From Gemmatimonadales bacterium (GTDB taxonomy: Bacteria > Gemmatimonadota > Gemmatimonadetes > Gemmatimonadales > GWC2-71-9), in assembly GCA_035575675.1 (NCBI GenBank), contig DATLXS010000098.1, positions 2,641 to 66,640 on the forward strand: a stretch of 64,000 nucleotides of DNA, read 5' to 3'. The notes under the pieces were generated by a model. The model searched no databases, was not told where the DNA came from, and saw only the letters and a program-made list of their open reading frames with translations. Positions 62,355-64,000 of the stretch are shown here, piece by piece. Position 1 is the stretch's first letter. The number at the start of each line of letters is the position of its first letter. The position numbers and the translations under genes are program-made.

Positions 62355-63493
62355 CGATACGTATGAATATTGCCGCGGCCCGCGACGACAACCACCTGCC
62401 GGTCGCGGACCAGCGGCGGCTCCTCGATGGGACCGGCGACCTGCGCGCGCCACCGGATCCCGCCGCTCGCCGGATCGACGAGCAGCACTTCGCCACCGAC
62501 GCTGCCGACCAGCACCCCCGCGCCCGGCGCGAGGGGCGTAGGGCCCGCGGTCGCGACGATGTCGAGCGTGTGACTGGTCGCGCCGTCCGGGGCGTCCACC
62601 GGAATCACCCAGAGCCGGCCGTCGCGCGCGAGGACGAACAGCGTATCGCCCATCAGTGCCGGCGCGCCGTAGACGGCGTCACCCGCGGCGCGATCCCAGC
62701 TCACGGTCCACGTCGCCAGATCGACGGCGACGATGCGGCCGCTCGTGGTGCCGAGATACACGCGGCGGCCATCGGTGGCCGGCGTCGCCAGCACGGTGCC
62801 GGGGAGCTTCAGGTGCGAGCGCACGATCCCGGTCTGGCGGTCGAGTAGATAGAGCGTGTCGCTCGTGGTTGCGACCACGAGCCCTTGCGGAGTGGTGAGC
62901 GGCCCGGCGCGAATCGCCCCGCTCAGTGTCGAGCGCCACCGCACCTGGCCCTGCTCCGGCTCGAGGCGCAGCACGATGCCGCCCTCGGTGCCCGCGTAGA
63001 TCGCCTCGCCATCGAACGCGAGAGGCGCGACCACGCTGCCGGCGCGCGCGCGCCACAGCCGTCGCCCGTCGCGCAGGCGGATCGCATACACACGCCCGTC
63101 GGGCTGTGATTCGGTGGCGACGTACAGCCGGTCCACGTCGAGCAGGGGTCCCGAGCGCACCGTTCCGTCCAAGTGCGAGTGCCACAGCACCTCGCCGCTG
63201 GTGCGATCGATCAGCACAACGTTGCGGTCTGCGGTGCCGACCGCGGCGACCGCTTCGCCCAGGGCGGGACTGCCGCGGACGCCGCGCCCCATCGTCACAT
63301 GCCAGAGCGGGCGGGGATCGGGGTTCAACGTCTCATGCGCGCCCGCGTCGTGCCGCTGGCTGCCGAGGTAGGCGGGCCAGCCCGCTTCCTGCCGCGCCGG
63401 GCCGTACTTCATCGGGGCGGCGCACCCTGCCGTCATTGCGTTGACACTGAAAAGGCTCGCCACTAGTATGCCGCGCCTATGCCGGAACGTCAT
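62351..63493 (-). CDS. PQQ-like beta-propeller lipoprotein (BamB family)
   Basis: Listed 541-aa ORF trimmed to Met162 (MTFRHRRGILVASLFSVNAMTAGC, lipobox-like). Repeated ...G.V.A.D..TG...W motifs typical of eight-bladed PQQ/BamB propellers. Confidence 0.8.
   Translation of the reverse strand: MTFRHRRGILVASLFSVNAMTAGCAAPMKYGPARQEAGWPAYLGSQRHDAGAHETLNPDPRPLWHVTMGRGVRGSPALGEAVAAVGTADRNVVLIDRTSGEVLWHSHLDGTVRSGPLLDVDRLYVATESQPDGRVYAIRLRDGRRLWRARAGSVVAPLAFDGEAIYAGTEGGIVLRLEPEQGQVRWRSTLSGAIRAGPLTTPQGLVVATTSDTLYLLDRQTGIVRSHLKLPGTVLATPATDGRRVYLGTTSGRIVAVDLATWTVSWDRAAGDAVYGAPALMGDTLFVLARDGRLWVIPVDAPDGATSHTLDIVATAGPTPLAPGAGVLVGSVGGEVLLVDPASGGIRWRAQVAGPIEEPPLVRDRQVVVVAGRGNIHTYR
63441..63469 (+). promoter_or_regulatory. 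candidate sigma70-type promoter for asnS (leaderless or near-leaderless)
   Basis: TTGACA (63441-63446), 17-nt spacer, TAGTAT (63464-63469). The asnS ATG is 9 nt after the -10 element. Confidence 0.5.
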
Positions 63494-64000
63494 TGGATCG
63501 AAGCGCTGCCGCCGCTGGCGGGGCAGACCGCCATCGTACGCGGCTGGGTCGCGACCACCCGCTCGAGCGGGAAGATCGCGTTCGTCGTGGTGCGTGACGG
63601 CACCGGAATGCTGCAAGCGGTTCTCTCCAAGAAGGACGTGCCCACGGACGTGTGGGACGCGTTCGGGAAACTTACTCAGGAGACTTCGCTCGAAGTGACG
63701 GGCGTCGTGCGGGCCGAGCCGCGTGCCCCTGGCGGCGTCGAGCTGCAGGCCGCGGATCTCAAGATCCTCGGCCCGAGCCCCGATTTTCCGATCACCCCCA
63801 AGGAGCACGGCACCGCGTTTCTGTTCGAGCACCGCCACCTGTGGCTGCGCTCCAGGCAGCAGGTCGCGATCGCGCGCGTGCGCCACGAGGCCGTTCAGGC
63901 GATTCGCGACTTCTTTCATGAGCGGCATTTCACGCTGGTCGACACGCCGATTCTGACCGGCTCGATCGGCGAGCACGCCGGTACGTTGTTCTCCGTTGAT
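63479..64000 (+). CDS. asnS: asparagine--tRNA ligase (3' end outside window)
   Basis: Hand translation from the ATG at 63479: MPERHWIEALPPLAGQTAIVRGWVATTRSSGKIAFVVVRDGTGMLQAVL...FPITPKEHGTAFLFEHRHLWLRSRQQVAIARVRHE...FTLVDTPILT. OB-fold anticodon-binding domain plus class IIb motif 1 region. Absent from the ORF track because it runs off the window. AsnRS versus a non-discriminating AspRS cannot be fully separated from this fragment. Confidence 0.8.
   Translation, partial: MPERHWIEALPPLAGQTAIVRGWVATTRSSGKIAFVVVRDGTGMLQAVLSKKDVPTDVWDAFGKLTQETSLEVTGVVRAEPRAPGGVELQAADLKILGPSPDFPITPKEHGTAFLFEHRHLWLRSRQQVAIARVRHEAVQAIRDFFHERHFTLVDTPILTGSIGEHAGTLFSVD

Noticed and set aside
63494-63976. Upstream 161 codons of the 541-aa minus-strand ORF
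   Set aside because: This part is antisense to asnS, which has clear aaRS class IIb sequence. The BamB-like protein makes sense starting from Met162, which provides a lipoprotein-type signal peptide.

Overview
High-GC bacterial chromosomal segment with strong G/C preference at third codon positions. My guess is a Gemmatimonadota-like lineage, at low confidence and from gene content only. Bases 1-61786 carry 56 CDS and 2 tRNAs, all on the + strand and almost without intergenic space. By my start calls, about two thirds of the junctions are start/stop overlaps of the ATGA/GTGA/TTGA/TGATG type. Only the last 2 kb switches strand.

Gene content in order:
(1) tilS-hpt-ftsH, a four-gene MacAB-like ABC exporter, then folP-cdaA and a DUF2723 membrane protein.
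(2) yggS-divIVA-PNP-ileS-DksA/TraR-lspA-rluD, a Firmicute-like order.
(3) An 18-gene string (19.3-36.5 kb) in which chemosensory genes (cheW, cheY, cheA, cheC ... cheR, cheD, cheB, cheW, cheW) bracket an MglA/MglB small-GTPase polarity module. The module also holds two extra Roadblock proteins, two PATAN/DUF4388 proteins, TPR proteins and an unusual tandem DnaA-type AAA+ protein that lacks a DNA-binding domain. No chemoreceptor gene is present.
(4) tRNA-Val, a secreted TPR-like protein, tRNA-Asp and an intrinsic terminator.
(5) A dcw division/cell-wall cluster rsmH-ftsL-ftsI-murE-murF-mraY-murD-ftsW-murG-murC-ftsQ-ftsA-ftsZ, without mraZ, murB or ddl. It is followed by an M23 peptidase, a HisA-like gene, a membrane protein, ftsY and recG.
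(6) Minus-strand genes for a secreted protein and a BamB-like lipoprotein, then the 5' part of asnS.

The most interesting items are the Che/MglA hybrid string with its double-DnaA protein and MshEN-like motifs in the PATAN proteins. Next is a family of short arrays with strict 7-nt periodicity, often arranged as inverted pairs that form hairpins. These arrays lie at gene junctions and also inside ORFs. One sits exactly in the ftsW/murG GTGA overlap and is flanked by an 8-bp direct repeat.

I saw no rRNA, CRISPR array, transposase, integrase or prophage genes. All domain calls come from reading the translated ORFs by eye; no searches were run.
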